The notes under the pieces were generated by a model. That model had not been told where the DNA came from, did not search any database, and was given only the letters and a program-made list of their open reading frames with translations. Both the position numbers and the translations under genes were made by a program. Shown here piece by piece: positions 1 through 13,550 of a DNA stretch of 64,000 nt (positions within the stretch are counted from its first letter, which is position 1; the number at the start of each line of letters is the position of its first letter). The stretch is from Leucoraja ocellata (taxonomy: Eukaryota). The stretch is from the NCBI GenBank assembly GCA_036785375.1, contig JAWMAR010000077.1:1364001-1428000 (forward strand). The letters are read 5' to 3'.

Positions 1-879
1 CCGTATACTACTTCTATCTTACACACTAGGGGCACAAACCTGCACGTCTTTGTGGGAATGTGGGAATATGGGAATACCGAGTACCCAGAGTAAACACATG
101 CGATCACAGGGTACAATCAGTGATTTCTGACAACCACAACCATTTTACTTTGTGCAAGATAGGACTGTAACCTCTGGCCCCTTTGATGCCCACAGACCAG
201 TTTTACCTTGATGCCTTCATCAGCTCAAATACTGACTGCTGGAGGAACCTGGCGGTTAGGTGGAGGCAGATGGACACTCGATGAGACCCTTTCACAGTCT
301 ATGGAAAGGGGTTCAACCTGAAATGTTGGCTCTCCATTTCTCTCCACAGGTTTGCCTGACCCGCTGACAGCATGTGAAATCGTTTGTGTCTCTTTGCCAA
401 ATGTTGCCAAGGAGATAGCTCCAGGATTGTGAACATGTGACACTGGAGAGTCTCGACACGAAACGTCACCTATTCCTTTTTCTCCTGTCTGACCCGCTGA
501 GTTACTGCAGCCTTTTGTGTCAATGAAGGAAATATGTTTTATTTACAGGGCAGTCATTCCCGTCCGTTTCCAGTTTTTCCTCCAAAGTTTCCCAGTGCAC
601 TGATGCAAAAATATTTCTTGCGATCCCACAAAAAACACAGACTATATGTTTGGAATACAAAAGGCTAGGCAGCATCTATGGAGATAAATGGAGTTAATGC
701 TTCAAACCTTTTCTTAGGCGCACTTAACCCCGAACTGTGAATGATGCTGCAGTAAGGTTTTCACCAAGGAAAATGGAAATTGGGGTTTGCAGAATACCCT
801 ATTTCTGGCTGTTTATTAACATCCAGCAGATACCATAAGATGAACGCAAATATGAGCTGGTTAATGGTGTCAAATTTAC

Positions 880-1565
880 AATGGCCTGCAGGTACAGCAG
901 GCAGTGAAGAAAGCTAATGAAAGCTAACGTTGGCCTTCATAACAAGAGGATTTCAGGATAGGAGTAAAGAGGTTCTTCTGCAGCTGTATAGGTCTCTGGT
1001 GAGACCACATCTGGAGTATGGTGTACAGTTTTGGTCTCCTACTTTCAGGAAGGACATCCTTGTGATTGAGGCAGTGCAGCGAAGGTTCACGTAATTGATC
1101 CATGGGATGGCTGGACTGTCATATGAGGAAAGATTGAAAAGACTAGGCTTGTATTCACTGGAGTTTAGAAGGATGATGGAGGATCTTATAGAAACATATA
1201 AAATTATAAATGGACTGGACAAGCTAGATCCAGGAGAAATGGTCCTAATATTGGGCAAGTCCAGAACCAGGGGCCACAGTCTTAGAATAAAAGGGAGGTC
1301 ATTTAAGACTGAGGTGAGAAAAAAACTTTTTGAGTTGTGAATTTATGGAATTCTCTGCCACAGAGGGCAGTGGAGGCCAAGTCACTGGATGGATTTAAGA
1401 GAGAGTTAGATAGAGCTCTAGCGGCTAGTGGAGTCAAGGGAAATGGGGAGAAGGCAGGCACGGGCTATTGATAGGTGACGATCAGCCATGATCACAATGA
1501 ATGGCGGTGCTGGCTCGAAGGGCCGAATGGCCTCCTCCTGCACTTATTTGCTATGTTTCTATGTC
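880..1565 (+). mobile_element. CR1-like LINE 3' fragment
   Basis: RT C-terminal motifs VRPHLEY, GLYSLE, RTRGH; (CTATGTTT)n tail. Confidence 0.85.
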
Positions 1566-2000
1566 AATTTATATCAATAGATTAGTCTGGATTAATGGGT
1601 TGTTTTCTTTACCATTGACAGCTGGTAAAATTCTTACAATAGTCCTGCTTAACAGACTGATCAGTCTCCTTGAGGGAAACCTATTCTAGAAAATCAGCGT
1701 GGTTTCTGTAAATGGTGTGAAACAATATACATGATCTTTATAGCAAGAGAATTCCAAGTGAAGTGGCGAGAACAAACTGTAGTTTGCTCACCACCTTTTT
1801 GAATGGTTTTCAACACTTTGCGTTGTGGGGACCCATAGAAGATCATAGCAAAGTACGGCAACCCCAAAGGGTATGACGCTCTCTGCAATGATACAGAACT
1901 GGTGCTGCTCGTTATAACCTAGAGGTCTTTAGCCAAAACTAAAATACTATAATCCACTTTATTTTTAAATGCTGATAACTGTGCTCTCAATACACTCATT

Positions 2001-2752
2001 TTATCGGAATGGTGGCCGATTAGGAAAAGGGGAGATGCAACGAGACCTGGGTGTCATGGTACACCACTCAATGAAAGTAGGCATGCAGGTGCAGCAGGCA
2101 GTGAAGAAAGCCAATTGTATGTTAGCATTCATAGCAAAAGGATTTGAGTATAACAGCAGGGAGGTTCTACTACAGTTGTACAAGGTCTTGGTGAGACCAC
2201 ACCTGGAGTATTGCGTACAGTTTTAGTTTCCTAATCTGAGGGTGGACATTCTTGCCATAGAGGGAATACAGAGAAGGTTCACCAGACTGATTCCTGGGAT
2301 GTCAGGACTTTCATACGAAGAAAGACTGGATAGACTCAGCTTGTACTCGCTAGAATTTAGAAGATCTTATAGAAACTTACAAAATTCTTAAGGGGTTGGA
2401 CAGGCTAGATGCAGGAAGATTGTTCCCGATGTTGGGGAAGTCCAGAACAAGGGGTCACAGTTTAAGGATAAAGGGGAAATCTTTTAGGACTGAGATGAGA
2501 AAAACATTTTTTACACAGAGAGTGGTGAATCTCTGGAATTATCTGCCACATAATATAGTTGAGGCCAGTTCATTGGCTATATTTAAGAGGGAATTAGATG
2601 TGGCCCTTGTGGCTAAATGGATCAGGGGGTATGGAGATAGGGCAGGTACAGGATACTGAGTTGGATGATCAGCCATGATCATATTGAATGGCGGTGCAAG
2701 CTCGAAGGGCTGAATGGCCTACTCCTGCACCCATTTTCTATGTTTATATATG
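2001..2752 (+). mobile_element. CR1-like LINE 3' fragment
   Basis: Same motifs and tail as 880-1565. Confidence 0.85.
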
Positions 2753-3315
2753 CTGAAAAATAAATGCCCATTTTAGCAAGGCGAAACGCCCCAGGCGGCT
2801 CACGGTTGATCTCAAAATACAGTCAAACAGCCGACCAAAGTCATGGTTTTAAAGGCGGGAGTGGCTCAAGTGGTGGGGAGATTTAAGAGGGGAGGTGATG
2901 GGAATGGAATTCCCGTGCCACGATACACACGGCTGAGGCTCATCCACCGTCGGTGAGAAAGCTAATATCTCTTGTGTTTAATGGAGCGAAGGATTAGGCA
3001 ACGTTTCGGGCCGAAACCCTTGGGTTGCTGCACAAGCTAATATCTCTGTTGTGAAATTATTCCAATCGCCCTTGGTCATTGTTTGCATGAATCTTTGGCG
3101 TTGAGTAATTCGCAAGAAGGTGCATTAGGAGTCCCTACCTGGCTTTACTGGAAGAACCAATGAAGTTCTTGCACAGATTAATCACTAACCAAGCATTTGA
3201 CGTACCTCTTCTTCCGGGACCATGCGCTCCAATTGGAAACGGTTCACCTGCATTTCAGCAGCATCGAGATCATACACGGAGTCCGCGGCCGCTGTTCGTT
3301 GTTAGCCAACAGTGC

Positions 3316-3340
3316 TAACCACGTCAGGGAGGAAATATTT
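3316..3340 (+). promoter_or_regulatory. Candidate V1 promoter module (CRE-like ACGTCA next to ETS-like GGAA)
   Basis: aaccACGTCAgggaGGAAat about 120 bp upstream of the V1 ATG; CRE and ETS sites are typical of TCR V promoters; motif match only. Confidence 0.3.
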
Positions 3341-3447
3341 CAACGTCTCTCGCAGTCGGTTTAAAGCCGACACATCTGGTGACAGCAGGACCGCTTCATT
3401 TCCACGAACCAGCGAATCCACTCAGCTGGAGCGGTAAAAGCAAAGCC

Positions 3448-3892
3448 ATGCGTGCGGAGATCGCAGCGCCCTTGCTGCTCCTGGCCTTCTCCATCTGTAG
3501 GTAGTTCAGGTTTGGCTCATTTTAAGGTTCATGTTATCCCAAAAGGTCGGTAGTAACTGCAGTATTCCTTCAACAGGCTGCTGCCCTTCCCAGTCTCTAC
3601 TCCAGCTAAAAGCATCAAACACCAGATCGAAAGGGAAGACGGCACGCTTTCGCTGCGTCATTAACACCGAGAATGATTTCGACGGTCTGCAGGTGCATTG
3701 GTACCGAAACGCCGTGAGCGGAGGCATGCAGCGCATCCTGTACATCAGCGTGAAATCCGAGCCAGTCAGGGACCCGGGCTTCGGCGACAAATTCTTCGCT
3801 GAGAATTTGTCGAAGGAGAAAGCGAGCCTGTTGGACATCAGAGACATAGACGAGAGCGACGCGGGGGTCTACTACTGTGCTCATTGGAAGAG
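3448..3892 (+). CDS. TRGV: TCR gamma V segment V1 (leader 3448-3496, intron 3497-3576, V exon 3577-3892), apparently functional
   Basis: Leader MRAEIAAPLLLLAFSI; phase-1 intron gtaggt...caacag in frame; Ig V motifs RFRC, VHWYR, DESDAGVYYCAHW; RSS follows directly. Confidence 0.9.
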
Positions 3893-3931
3893 CACAGTGA
3901 TACAACGCCGCGGGAGCCCAGATCAAATACT
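3893..3931 (+). other. 23-RSS of V1
   Basis: CACAGTG + 23 nt + TCAAATACT (divergent nonamer). Confidence 0.85.
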
Positions 3932-4494
3932 CAGCGCCGAGCCGAGGCTGCAGCTTGCCACACTATGTTGCTGTGTTGTTACAGTCGCTCGAGTCAGGTT
4001 AAATCGGCTGTCCATTATTCCCGTCTCAATTGTTCAATCCAATTACCAATTCAGGTTCCAGATATTTGAGAGGGAGAACCGCATGCCGCCGAGACGCTGC
4101 CGCATATTAACCCTGGAAACTGGGCAGAGGCCTAACAACACAAGAACACGCTGGATAAACTGAGGGTCCCTCTTCATGCCAAGCCACCTTTGTGTCCTGG
4201 GGTACTACAGCCGATCTGTACTCTCTAGGCGCTGGAGGCAACTTCCCGGTTCACCCTTCCATCGATCTTGACGCCTTGCGTCCGACTACTCCTGATCCCT
4301 CTCGTTAACTCTGTCTGCCGAGCCTTCGAGCGGGTTCCCCGACCAGCTCTTGGACGAGTTCCCCCTGACCGCGAGTTCCCCCTGACCGCGAGCCTTGGGA
4401 GGAATTGCGACAATTTGGGGGCAGGTTCCTGGTTTCCTGCCGACGAGCCTAAGGCACATGTTGCGGCCGAGGCAGCTCTGGAGGGACAATTTTA

Positions 4495-5306
4495 TAGGGA
4501 GGTTGCACGCAGTCGAGGATCACGACCCGTGACCCGTACTGTTGCCGCGCACCGCCAACTGGCATACACGCGATGAACTGCAGGTAGGCATTTACTATGG
4601 CTGCCAGCACAGTGGGATTTTCTTCTGTCCCAGCATCCGGACTGGTTGCACACTCGCTGACCCCGGGCCGTCTATCCCCGCGGCCCGGGGGGGGGGGGGG
4701 GGGGGGAAGAGGTCGGGGTGTCGGTGCAGTGACTCTGGGTGGGCGGAGGGAGCAGACCGTCCCCAACCTTGCTGCAGCTGACACTGTCCAGAGCCACGGC
4801 CCCACCTCATCCAGCCCCACCCGGCCCCGCTCCACGTGTGTGGGCGATGCCGACTCACAGCCCCTGACAATGCGGCCACAGGGGGAGACATGGCCGGACA
4901 GCGCTGAGAGTGGGGTCTGCCCCGAGGGATGCGCTCCTTCGGCCTCTTACACCTTGGTGCTCGGGTTCAGACTTGGTGCTCTGACTTTGAGTTCACTTTA
5001 TTTAGCGAAGGCTTATTGAGATGGTGCTGTTTCTCTGGACACGACAATGAATGCGGCTATTAGTCGCGGATTGTAAAATACGCTACACCATGAGATAACA
5101 CCAGTTTAAACATGATACCTTCCCGCTTTTAATGACAGCACCGCCAATTATTTACAGCGCAAAAAATTATCATTTTGGCGGTTTTTAACAGGAAAGAAAG
5201 TACGCGTTTCGTGCGTTAACAGTGTATGCTGAGGCCGCCATGTCCTCCACATGGATTGAGTTGCTTCTTGCCCTTTGACCCGATTACCTTACGCGCAACC
5301 CCCTTA
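4495..5306. mobile_element. Non-autonomous TIR DNA transposon A (superfamily unresolved)
   Basis: Imperfect TIRs TAGGGAGGTTGCACG / CGCGCAACCCCCTTA; homologous sequence at 14728-15145. Confidence 0.55.
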
Positions 5307-5772
5307 TAGAAGCCAATTACTCTATAAATCTGCACGCCTTTGGAATATGAGAGGAAAACGGAGCAACTGGAGAAAACCTATGCGGCCACAGTGCGAATGT
5401 GGAAACTCCATACAGACAGGAACAAACCCCGGTCCCTACTTTCTCCCTTTCTCAACTCTCCCTCAGCCCACTGGCTCCTCCTCTTCCTTTCTTCTTCCCA
5501 CCCCCCCACCCTCACATCAGCCTGAAGAAGGGTTTCGACCCAAAACGTTGCCTATTTCCTTCGCTCCATAGATGCTGCCTCACCCGCTGAGTTTCTCCAG
5601 CATGTTTGTCTACCACAGGATTTATGTTCCTTTTTTGATTGATTGAAAGATACAGCTTGGAAACAGTACCTTTGGCTCGCCAAGTCCTCGCTGACCGATC
5701 ACCCAATCACACAAGTATGTGGTATTCCACACACTCACCCACTTCCTACACACTAGAGGTATTGCAGAGGCC

Positions 5773-6929
5773 AATAAGCGAGTTCAGTATTTCGACTGCG
5801 CATGCCCAGGTCATAGGTCAGTCGCGATAAACATTTTCAGCAGCTGAGCTGCTGCGTGTTAACAGACCTGCATTTCATCCGTAGTCAGGATCGAACCCGG
5901 GTCTCCTGCACTGCAAGAGCTGTTGAATTGCTACTGGAATTAGATAATGTAGAACAAGTGCGAACGGGTGATCTCACTATTGGCCCCGTCCCCTCCCGAG
6001 TGTCCCATCCCTGTCATGGGGAGGGGCCGGAGATGTCCGGGGTGATGGGACACTGGCCTGGAGTAGTGGCGGCCCCAGGCTTACAGTCAGGGCTATCTCC
6101 AGATCAACTCTGCTCCAACTCCCGAGGAAACCGTTCCCCGATGGGCTGGGGACCATCTGTTGCATCTCTTGCCTTATCCGGTGGCTGTCGGTTGACCCCC
6201 TCAGTGCTGGCGAAAACGGAGCACCTGTCATCAACGGGGATTCGCACAAAATACTGCAGTAACTCAGCGGGTCAGGCAACATCTCTGGAGAAGGGTCTCG
6301 ACCCGAACAGCATCCTTTTCTCCAAAGATGCTGCCTGTCCCGCTGAGTTACTCCAATACATTGTGTCTACCTTTGCTGTAAACCAGCATCTGCAGTTCTT
6401 TCTGACAGAGCGACGCCTGTCCATGGGTAAAGAAGAGGCAGCAGAGAGAGAGATGGGGACAGGGATGGGAAGAGAGATGGGGAGAGAGGAACTCTCTATC
6501 GTGGCTTCACTGCAGGTCCTGGACGCCCCGTCTCCGCAAGAACTCCCCGGCACTAGGATAATCCAATCCCCTCACACATCCCCCCCCCCCCCCCCACCCC
6601 GGACTGAAGGGAGGAACTGGGGGACATTGCCCGCCTCTGCAACCGACGTGCAAACCCCGGCACTCACCGTGGATTGTTAAACTAAACACATCTGTGAGCA
6701 AAACACAAACATGCACATCTTTCACCCCCCTTCTCTTTCCCCTACCTCTCACCATCTCTCCGCTGGTCCAGTCTCTCCCCCTGTCTCCCACTCGCATATG
6801 CCCCCTCTCTTTCGCTGGTACACCTCGCTCTCCCGCTACCTGGCAGCCCCATTTGCATTTTTTTTTCTCTGATGACTTTGAGAAATCCCACGATTCCTTG
6901 CATTTTTCGGAATACCGAACTTGTTTATT
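5773..6929. mobile_element. Non-autonomous TIR DNA transposon B, inserted in a V-SINE
   Basis: About 23-bp imperfect TIRs AATAAGCGAGTTCAGTATTTCGA / TCGGAATACCGAACTTGTTTATT; second copy at 14416-15235. Confidence 0.55.
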
Positions 6930-7764
6930 AAACAAGCTCGCAAATCATTAGGACGTGGTAGGAAACTGGAACACCCGGAGGAAATCCATGCAGTCACTGG
7001 GAGACTGTGCAAACTCCACTGAACCCGGGTCTGTGGCATCTTGAGGCTGCAGCTTTATCAGCTGCACTGTTTGTTTGTGGTCTCTCTCTAATTGCTATCT
7101 ATCATTAATCTATGAACCACGTATTTGTCAACAGTTTGTCCACACAGCTACTCCTCTGGTGGGGAAATGATTTATCACCCAGTCTGTGGTTGGAATCCAG
7201 AAGGCGCTGACAGTGTGTGTTTGGGGTGGGGCGGGTTCCACTGTGGCCTTTGAAAGGGAATTGGATCAATACATGGTGCTGTTAAAATTTGCAAAAATAC
7301 AGAGAGGCCAGGAGGTGGAACCAGCTGATGGATAATTGGCACAGACACGATGGGACAAATAGTCTCATGCTGTGCTATAACTATTCTATAATTCTGTCAG
7401 AGATATTCTCTTTGTCCTTTCCCTCCCTTTCCCAGTCTCACTGCAGTTTAACTTGTTCTCTCAACTTCTTAGTTCTGAAGAAGTGTCTGATTTGAAACAT
7501 TACTTTTTGTTCCCTTTCCATAGATGCGGTCTGAACCATTGGCTGTTTCTAGCATTTTCAGTTTTGGTTTCAAGTTCCAACATTTGCAATTTTCTTTGAT
7601 TATTTTTTCATGTGCAAAAATGAGAACTAGTCTGAACCCGGTGATCGATGGTTGGTGTGGATTCAGTGAGCCAATGTTTCCATACTGTGTCCTTCAATTC
7701 AATCAGTCATGACTCATTTAATCAAGGAGGGCTCAAGAATCAGGGCCCAAATTTAATATTTACG

Positions 7765-8250
7765 AAAAGATTTACAAGGATGTTCCACCTAAGGGCATGA
7801 GCTGAGGGCATGAGCTATATGGAAAGGATGGGCAGACCAGGACTTTAATCCTTGGAGCACAGGAGGCTGAGGGGTGATCTTTTAAACGTGTATAAGATCT
7901 TGAGGGGATTGGATGGGGTGAAAGCACAGAGTATTTTACCCAAAGTAGGGGAAATCAAGAACCGGGGGACATAGGATTAAGGGGAGGGGAAGATTTAATA
8001 AGAATCTGGGGGCAACTTTTCTCACACAGATGATGGTGGGTATCCAGAAAGAGCTGTCAGAGGCGATAGTTAAGGCAAGTACTACAACGAAATGTAAAAA
8101 GTCAGGTTGGATAGGAAAGGTACACAGACAGGAAAACTTTAGAGGGATATTGGCCAAACGTGGGCAGGTGGGACTGGCGTAGATGGGGCATCTTGGTTGG
8201 CAGGGGAAAATTGGGCTGAAGGGCCTGTTTCCAGGCTGTTTCAATCTCTG
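7765..8250 (+). mobile_element. Older CR1-like LINE 3' fragment
   Basis: Degenerate RRLRGDL / RTGGH region and LINE 3' end. Confidence 0.65.
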
Positions 8251-8837
8251 ACTATTTAGGCAAAAGATAGAATAGGAATGTCAGGGACAAACATATATAT
8301 TTACACAGAGCATCATTATATTCTAAGATTCACTGCCCACGTGGGTGGTGGAAATGTTAGTCAATGCTTTCTCAATCAATTTCTAGACTTCAGATTTCTA
8401 GCATTCACTGTTTTTTAAATCTTTAAAAAGGGAATCGGATGGATACCTGACCCAAGGATCTTGGACTAGGCCTGGGCTATTTTAGTTCAACTTTATCTGA
8501 GAAGGTTAATGAAATGCAGTCAACTTTTGAAAATAAGTGATTTTTCAAAATCGAAGTCGTGAAAAAGTTAAAAATCTGCACACTCAGAAAATCTGAAATA
8601 AAATTAGGAAATGTTGGCAATGCTCAGCAGTTCAGGCAGCACCCCTGGAGTGAGAAACAGTTAACCTTTTGAGTTAAAACCTTCATCAGGAGTTGGGAAA
8701 AGAGAAACAAGTGCTTCAGATCCAGTGACCATGTAAACAATAAATCACATTTATGCAGGCCCACAATGTAGAAGACTCCGATCGGGCTTTCGCAGGAATT
8801 CAACTTAAAACAAGTGCAGAGGAATGAAGTGCAGATG

Positions 8838-8977
8838 AAGTGCAGTCTGAAGAAGGGTTTCGGCCCGAAACGTCGCCTATTTCCTTCGCTCGATAGATGC
8901 TGCTGCACCCGCTGAGTTTCTCCAGCATTTTTTGTGTACCTTCGATCTTCCAGCATCTTCAGTTCCTTCTTGAAAAC
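8838..8977 (+). mobile_element. Short Penelope-derived repeat with hammerhead motif and 15-bp TSD
   Basis: AATGAAGTGCAGATG at 8823-8837 and 8978-8992; same sequence ends the GIY-YIG Penelope at 51989-52080. Confidence 0.75.
8847..8874 (+). ncRNA. Minimal hammerhead ribozyme motif (Penelope type); representative copy
   Basis: CUGAAGA-A-GGGU(UUCG)GCCC-GAA-ACGU-C; further copies near 5522, 24121, 24556, 28575, 47907, 51989 (+) and 3000, 9090, 55150, 62360 (-). Confidence 0.7.
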
Positions 8978-9524
8978 AATGAAGTGCAGATGCTGGTTTA
9001 CACCAAAGATAATCATAAAATGCTGCAGTAATTCAGCGGGTCAGGCAGCATCTCTGGATAAAGAAATACCTGTAGGTGATGATTTTGGGTCGAGACCCTT
9101 CTTCAGACTGAAGCTGTGCTGAACTATTATCTATTTCACTGGTGACCCTCAAACTATCCTTGATTGGATTGTTCTGGCTTTACCTTGCACTAAACGTTAT
9201 TCCCTTATCATGTATCTACACACTGTAAATGGCTCCATTGTAATCATGCATTATCTTTCCACTGACAGAATAGCACGCAACAAAAGCTTTTCACTGCATC
9301 TCAGTACACGTGACAAAAAACAAAATTAAACTGAACTGACCCAAAATGTCACCTATTCCTTTTCTCCTGAGATGCTGCCTGGCCGGCTGAGTTACTCTAG
9401 CATTTTGTGACTATCTTAGTCTTTCCTATACACCCCCTCAGCCCCCTCATTACTGCTCTAGACTCCTCCTCCCCCTTTCCTGGTTCCATTCACATACTCC
9501 CACGCACAGGGTCCCCTCATCATC

Positions 9525-10785
9525 TATAACCATATAACCATATAACAATTACAGCATGGAAACAGGCCATCTCGACCCTTCTAGTCCGTGCCGAACACAT
9601 ATTCTCCCCTAGTCCCATATACCTGCGCTCAGACCATAACCCTCCATTCCCTTCCCATCCATATAACTATCCAATTTATTTTTAAATGATAAAAACGAAC
9701 CTGCCTCCACCACCTTCACTGGCAGCTCATTCCACACAGCTACCACTCTCTGAGTAAAGAAGTTCCCCCTCATGTTACCCCTAAACTTCAGTCCCTTAAT
9801 TCTCAAGTCATGTCCCCTTGTTTGAATCTTCCCTACTCTCAGTGGGAAAAGCTTTTCCACGTCAACTCTGTCTATCCCTCTCATCATTTTAAAAACCTCT
9901 ATCAAGTCCCCCCTTAACCTTCTGCGCTCCAAAGAATAAAGCCCTAACTTGTTCAACCTTTCTCTGTAACTTAGTTGCTGAAACCCAGGCAACATTCTAG
10001 TAAATCTCCTCTGTACTCTCTCTATTTTGTTGACATCCTTCCTATAATTAGGCGACCAAAATTGTACACCATACTCCAGAATTGGCCTCACCAATGCTTT
10101 GTACAATTTTAACATCACATCCCAACTTCTATACTCAATGCTCTGATTTATAAAGGCCAGCACACCAAAAGCTTTCTTTACCACCCTATCTACATGAGAT
10201 TCCACTTTCAGGGAACTGTGCACAGTTATTCCCAGATCCCTCTGTTCACCTACATTCTTCAATTCCCTACCATTTACCATGTACGTCCTATTTTGATTTG
10301 TCCTGCCAAGATGTAGCACCTCACACTTATCAGCATTAAACTCCATCTGCCATCTTTCAGCCCACTCTTCCAACTGACATAAATCTCCCTGTAGACTTTG
10401 AAACTCTACTTCATTACCCGCAACCCCACCTATTTTAGTATCATCTGCCTACTTACTAATCCAATTTACCACACCATCATCCAGATCATTGATGTACATG
10501 ACAAACAACAGTGGACCCAACACAGATCCCTGTGGCACCCCACTCGTCACTGGCCTCCAACCTGACAAACAACCATCCACCATTACTCTCTGGCATCTCC
10601 CATTCAGCCACTGTTGAATCCATCTTGCTACTCCACCATTAATACCCAACCATTGAACCTTCTTAACCAACCTTCCATGAGGAACCTTGTCAAAGGCCTT
10701 ACTGAAGTCCATATACACAACATCCACTGCTTTACCCTCATCAATTTCCCGAGTAACATCTTCAAAAAATTCAAGAAGATTAGAT
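9525..10785 (-). mobile_element. CR1-like LINE, second family with (TATGGTTA)n tail
   Basis: ORFs 10449-10727 ([21 protein letters not shown]) and 9609-10373; tail at 9525-9550. Confidence 0.9.
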
Positions 10786-11709
10786 CTAGTTCCATCTGCT
10801 TTTCACCTCTCCCCATTATCACCTTCTTTACTTATCCGTTTCCAATGTCCAGTCTTTGTGTGGTCGCTTGTCACAATCTGGCCTCTGTCTTCAGCTTCAC
10901 CCTCCTCTCCCTCCATTTGGCTCCATCCATCCCCTTTCTCATTGCCTGTATCCACGCACGTCTGTCTCCCAATTTAATCCCTCCCCATATGGCTTCATCT
11001 CCCCGTCAAAGGTTCTCCCAACTTCAGGCTACCTATTATCCACTAGTCCGTATCTCGCCTTCCCCCTTCCTCTTCAACCGTCTCTCTGTCCTGCTGTAGG
11101 TTCGCCACACGAAAAGTTGCCCCCCCCCCCCCCCCCGCCCGCCCTAGCTGCTCCACACAGTTCCTCCAGCTATTAATAGTTGCAGAGGGAAGTGAGTCTC
11201 CGGAATTCTCCGCCCATTTAGCGGTAGACACAATTTTGAAAGAAATGTTTGAAAAGCAGTTAGATATTGCTCCAGGTTCCAGCGTCTGTAACCTTTTGTG
11301 TCCAAATTGAGTATTTGCGTCTACTACCCTCCCCCTAACCACAGCCTAACAAAACGTTGGGTTAATTGCATTAGTCAAAACACGGTTTCGAAGGTTGCAA
11401 TCTCCCACCCCAGTGTAGGAGTATGGCCAGTTTTAGAAGCAGGAGCAACTGTAGGAACTGGAACTGGGGCAAGAGCAGCTGTTGGTGCAGAAGCATGAGT
11501 GGGAACAGCGGTAGGAGCAGGAACTGCAGTTGCCGTAGGAGTAAACCTTGTCATGCCTGCCCCACCATTCAATGTGATCACGGCTAATCTGCCCGAGGCC
11601 TCAACCACTTTGTTGGATCTCCACGGTCTTTAATTCTCCACGTCATAGACACACAAAGCTACGCAGCACGAAAACAAACCCCTTGGCGCAGCTGGTCCAT
11701 GGTCTGTCA

Positions 11710-11951
11710 AACATAGAAACATAGAAATTAGGTGCAGGAGTAGGCCATTCGGCCCTTCGAGCCTGCACCGCCATTCAATATGATCATGGCTGATCATCCA
11801 ACTCAGTATCCCGTACCTGCCTTCTCTCCATACCCCCTGATCCCCTTAGCCACAAGGGCCACATCTAACTCCCTCTTAAATATAGCCAATGAACTGGCCT
11901 CAACTACCCTCTGTGGCAGAGAGTTCCAGAGATTCACCACTCTGTGTGAAA
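11710..11951 (-). mobile_element. CR1-like LINE 3' end
   Basis: Reverse (CTATGTTT)n tail and conserved 3' UTR. Confidence 0.85.
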
Positions 11952-12424
11952 ACATGTCTCCTTCCAGTAATCCACATGGGTGGAGAATTCCAGAGATTCA
12001 CATCACACGGTGAGAAGATTTGTTTTAACGACCCTCCTCTTGAAAACAGTTTCGCTCGTCTGCAGGGGATTGTGAAGCGAATCCACGTGCGCTGTTAAAG
12101 TGATGGAGCTGAGGGTTTATTTGGCGGGGAATCTCCACCATCCAGCAGGCTGCCGCACTCAGGATATTCATGGAATCAAAGGTGGGGAATAATGCTAGAA
12201 ACGGCGCTGATGCAGAAGATCAGCCGTGAACGCAGAACAGGGGTTACGGATTCTCAACATACCAGCGGGGAGATGTGGGGGAGCACCACCCCACACATCC
12301 CACACACTTTAACAGTCAGTAGTATGGCGAGCCCGCGTCCCGCACTGCAGGGCGCAGTGCTCCACAGACACAAAATCTAATGCGTCGTAACTAATCCAGT
12401 CGGCACGCAGAGGACTGGATTATT

Positions 12425-12717
12425 TTAAGGATAAGGGGGAAAATCCTTTAAAACCGAGATGAGGAGAACTTTTTTCACACAGAGAGTGGTGAATCTCTGG
12501 AACTCTCTGCCACAGAGGGTAGTTGAGGCCAGTTCATTGGCTATATTTAAGAGGGAGTTAGATGTGGCCCTTGTGGCCAAGGGGATCAGAGGGTATGGAG
12601 AGAAGGCAGGTACGGGATACTGAGTTGGATGATCAGCCATGATCATATTAAATGGCGGTGCAGGCTCGAAGGGCCGAATGGCCTACTCCTGCACCTAATT
12701 TCTATGTTTCTATGTTT
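12425..12717 (+). mobile_element. CR1-like LINE 3' end
   Basis: Same family and tail; near-identical inverted partner at 11710-11951. Confidence 0.85.
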
Positions 12718-13550
12718 CAGACAATAAAGTAGTTGAAGTTCAAATTCGCATTTATTGTCACAACCGATTACGGCACAGTGAAATTTGAGTTACCATACAG
12801 CCATATTAAGCGAAAAGAACAAAATACACACATAATATGAAATTTAACATAAACATCCACCACAGTGGAATCATCATTCCTCATTGTGAAGGAAGGCAAT
12901 AAAGTTCAGCCATCTTCCTCCTTTATTCACCCGTGGTCGAGGCCTTTGAACCGTCGCATTCACCGCTGCCGACGGCCCGATGTTCAGGCCCTCTCGTCGG
13001 GAGGATCGAAACTCCGACGACCGGGAGAGGCTTTAAACACTGAAATATGCTAGCGGGAGGTAGAAGAACTTGCTCGGAAAGGCGGTCGTGCAGTTGGTGC
13101 AGAGGAGAGATACAGCAGAGGATAAGCACATGAGAATACATGTCTGAAATTTGGACCTGCAGCGTTAACTCTGTTTCTCTCTCCAGTATTACTGATTTCC
13201 ATGTTAGATAAAGATCAGTCTTAATGCGAATGAAACGGCGAGGTCGGGGCAGACACAGGGACCGAGTGGCCTTTTGTACCAATGGTCCGGAATAAATGGC
13301 TGAGGTAATTTCAACCTAATTTGTCGGTTGGAAAGGAAGGAAGAAATAACAGCTGTGTGCTTGCACCTCTCACACCCACTCTCCGAGATGAAACATGACG
13401 CCACCGGAATAACGCGAATCATTGTTGCGGGCTCAGCCGAGGAGAGGGTTGCGGGGCGGGTTCAGCGCCGACTCCAATAGCTGGCCGAGTGTGTTGAGGG
13501 AAGTCACTTAATTCCTCTCACTTTCTAAACAGCGATCCAGCTGAGCGAAC

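Noticed and set aside
3893-4163. C-terminal extensions of V ORFs past the RSS (also V2 to 14211 and V3 to 29554)
   Set aside because: Read-through of unrearranged germline sequence with no domain similarity
5856-6680. 274-aa ORF and other GC-rich ORFs near 4200-5000, 14450-14820 and 63400-63900
   Set aside because: They cross repeat boundaries and poly-C/G tracts; no recognisable protein motifs
11375-11608. Pro/Ala/Thr-rich minus-strand ORF
   Set aside because: Low-complexity 6-bp periodic sequence; no splice or domain support
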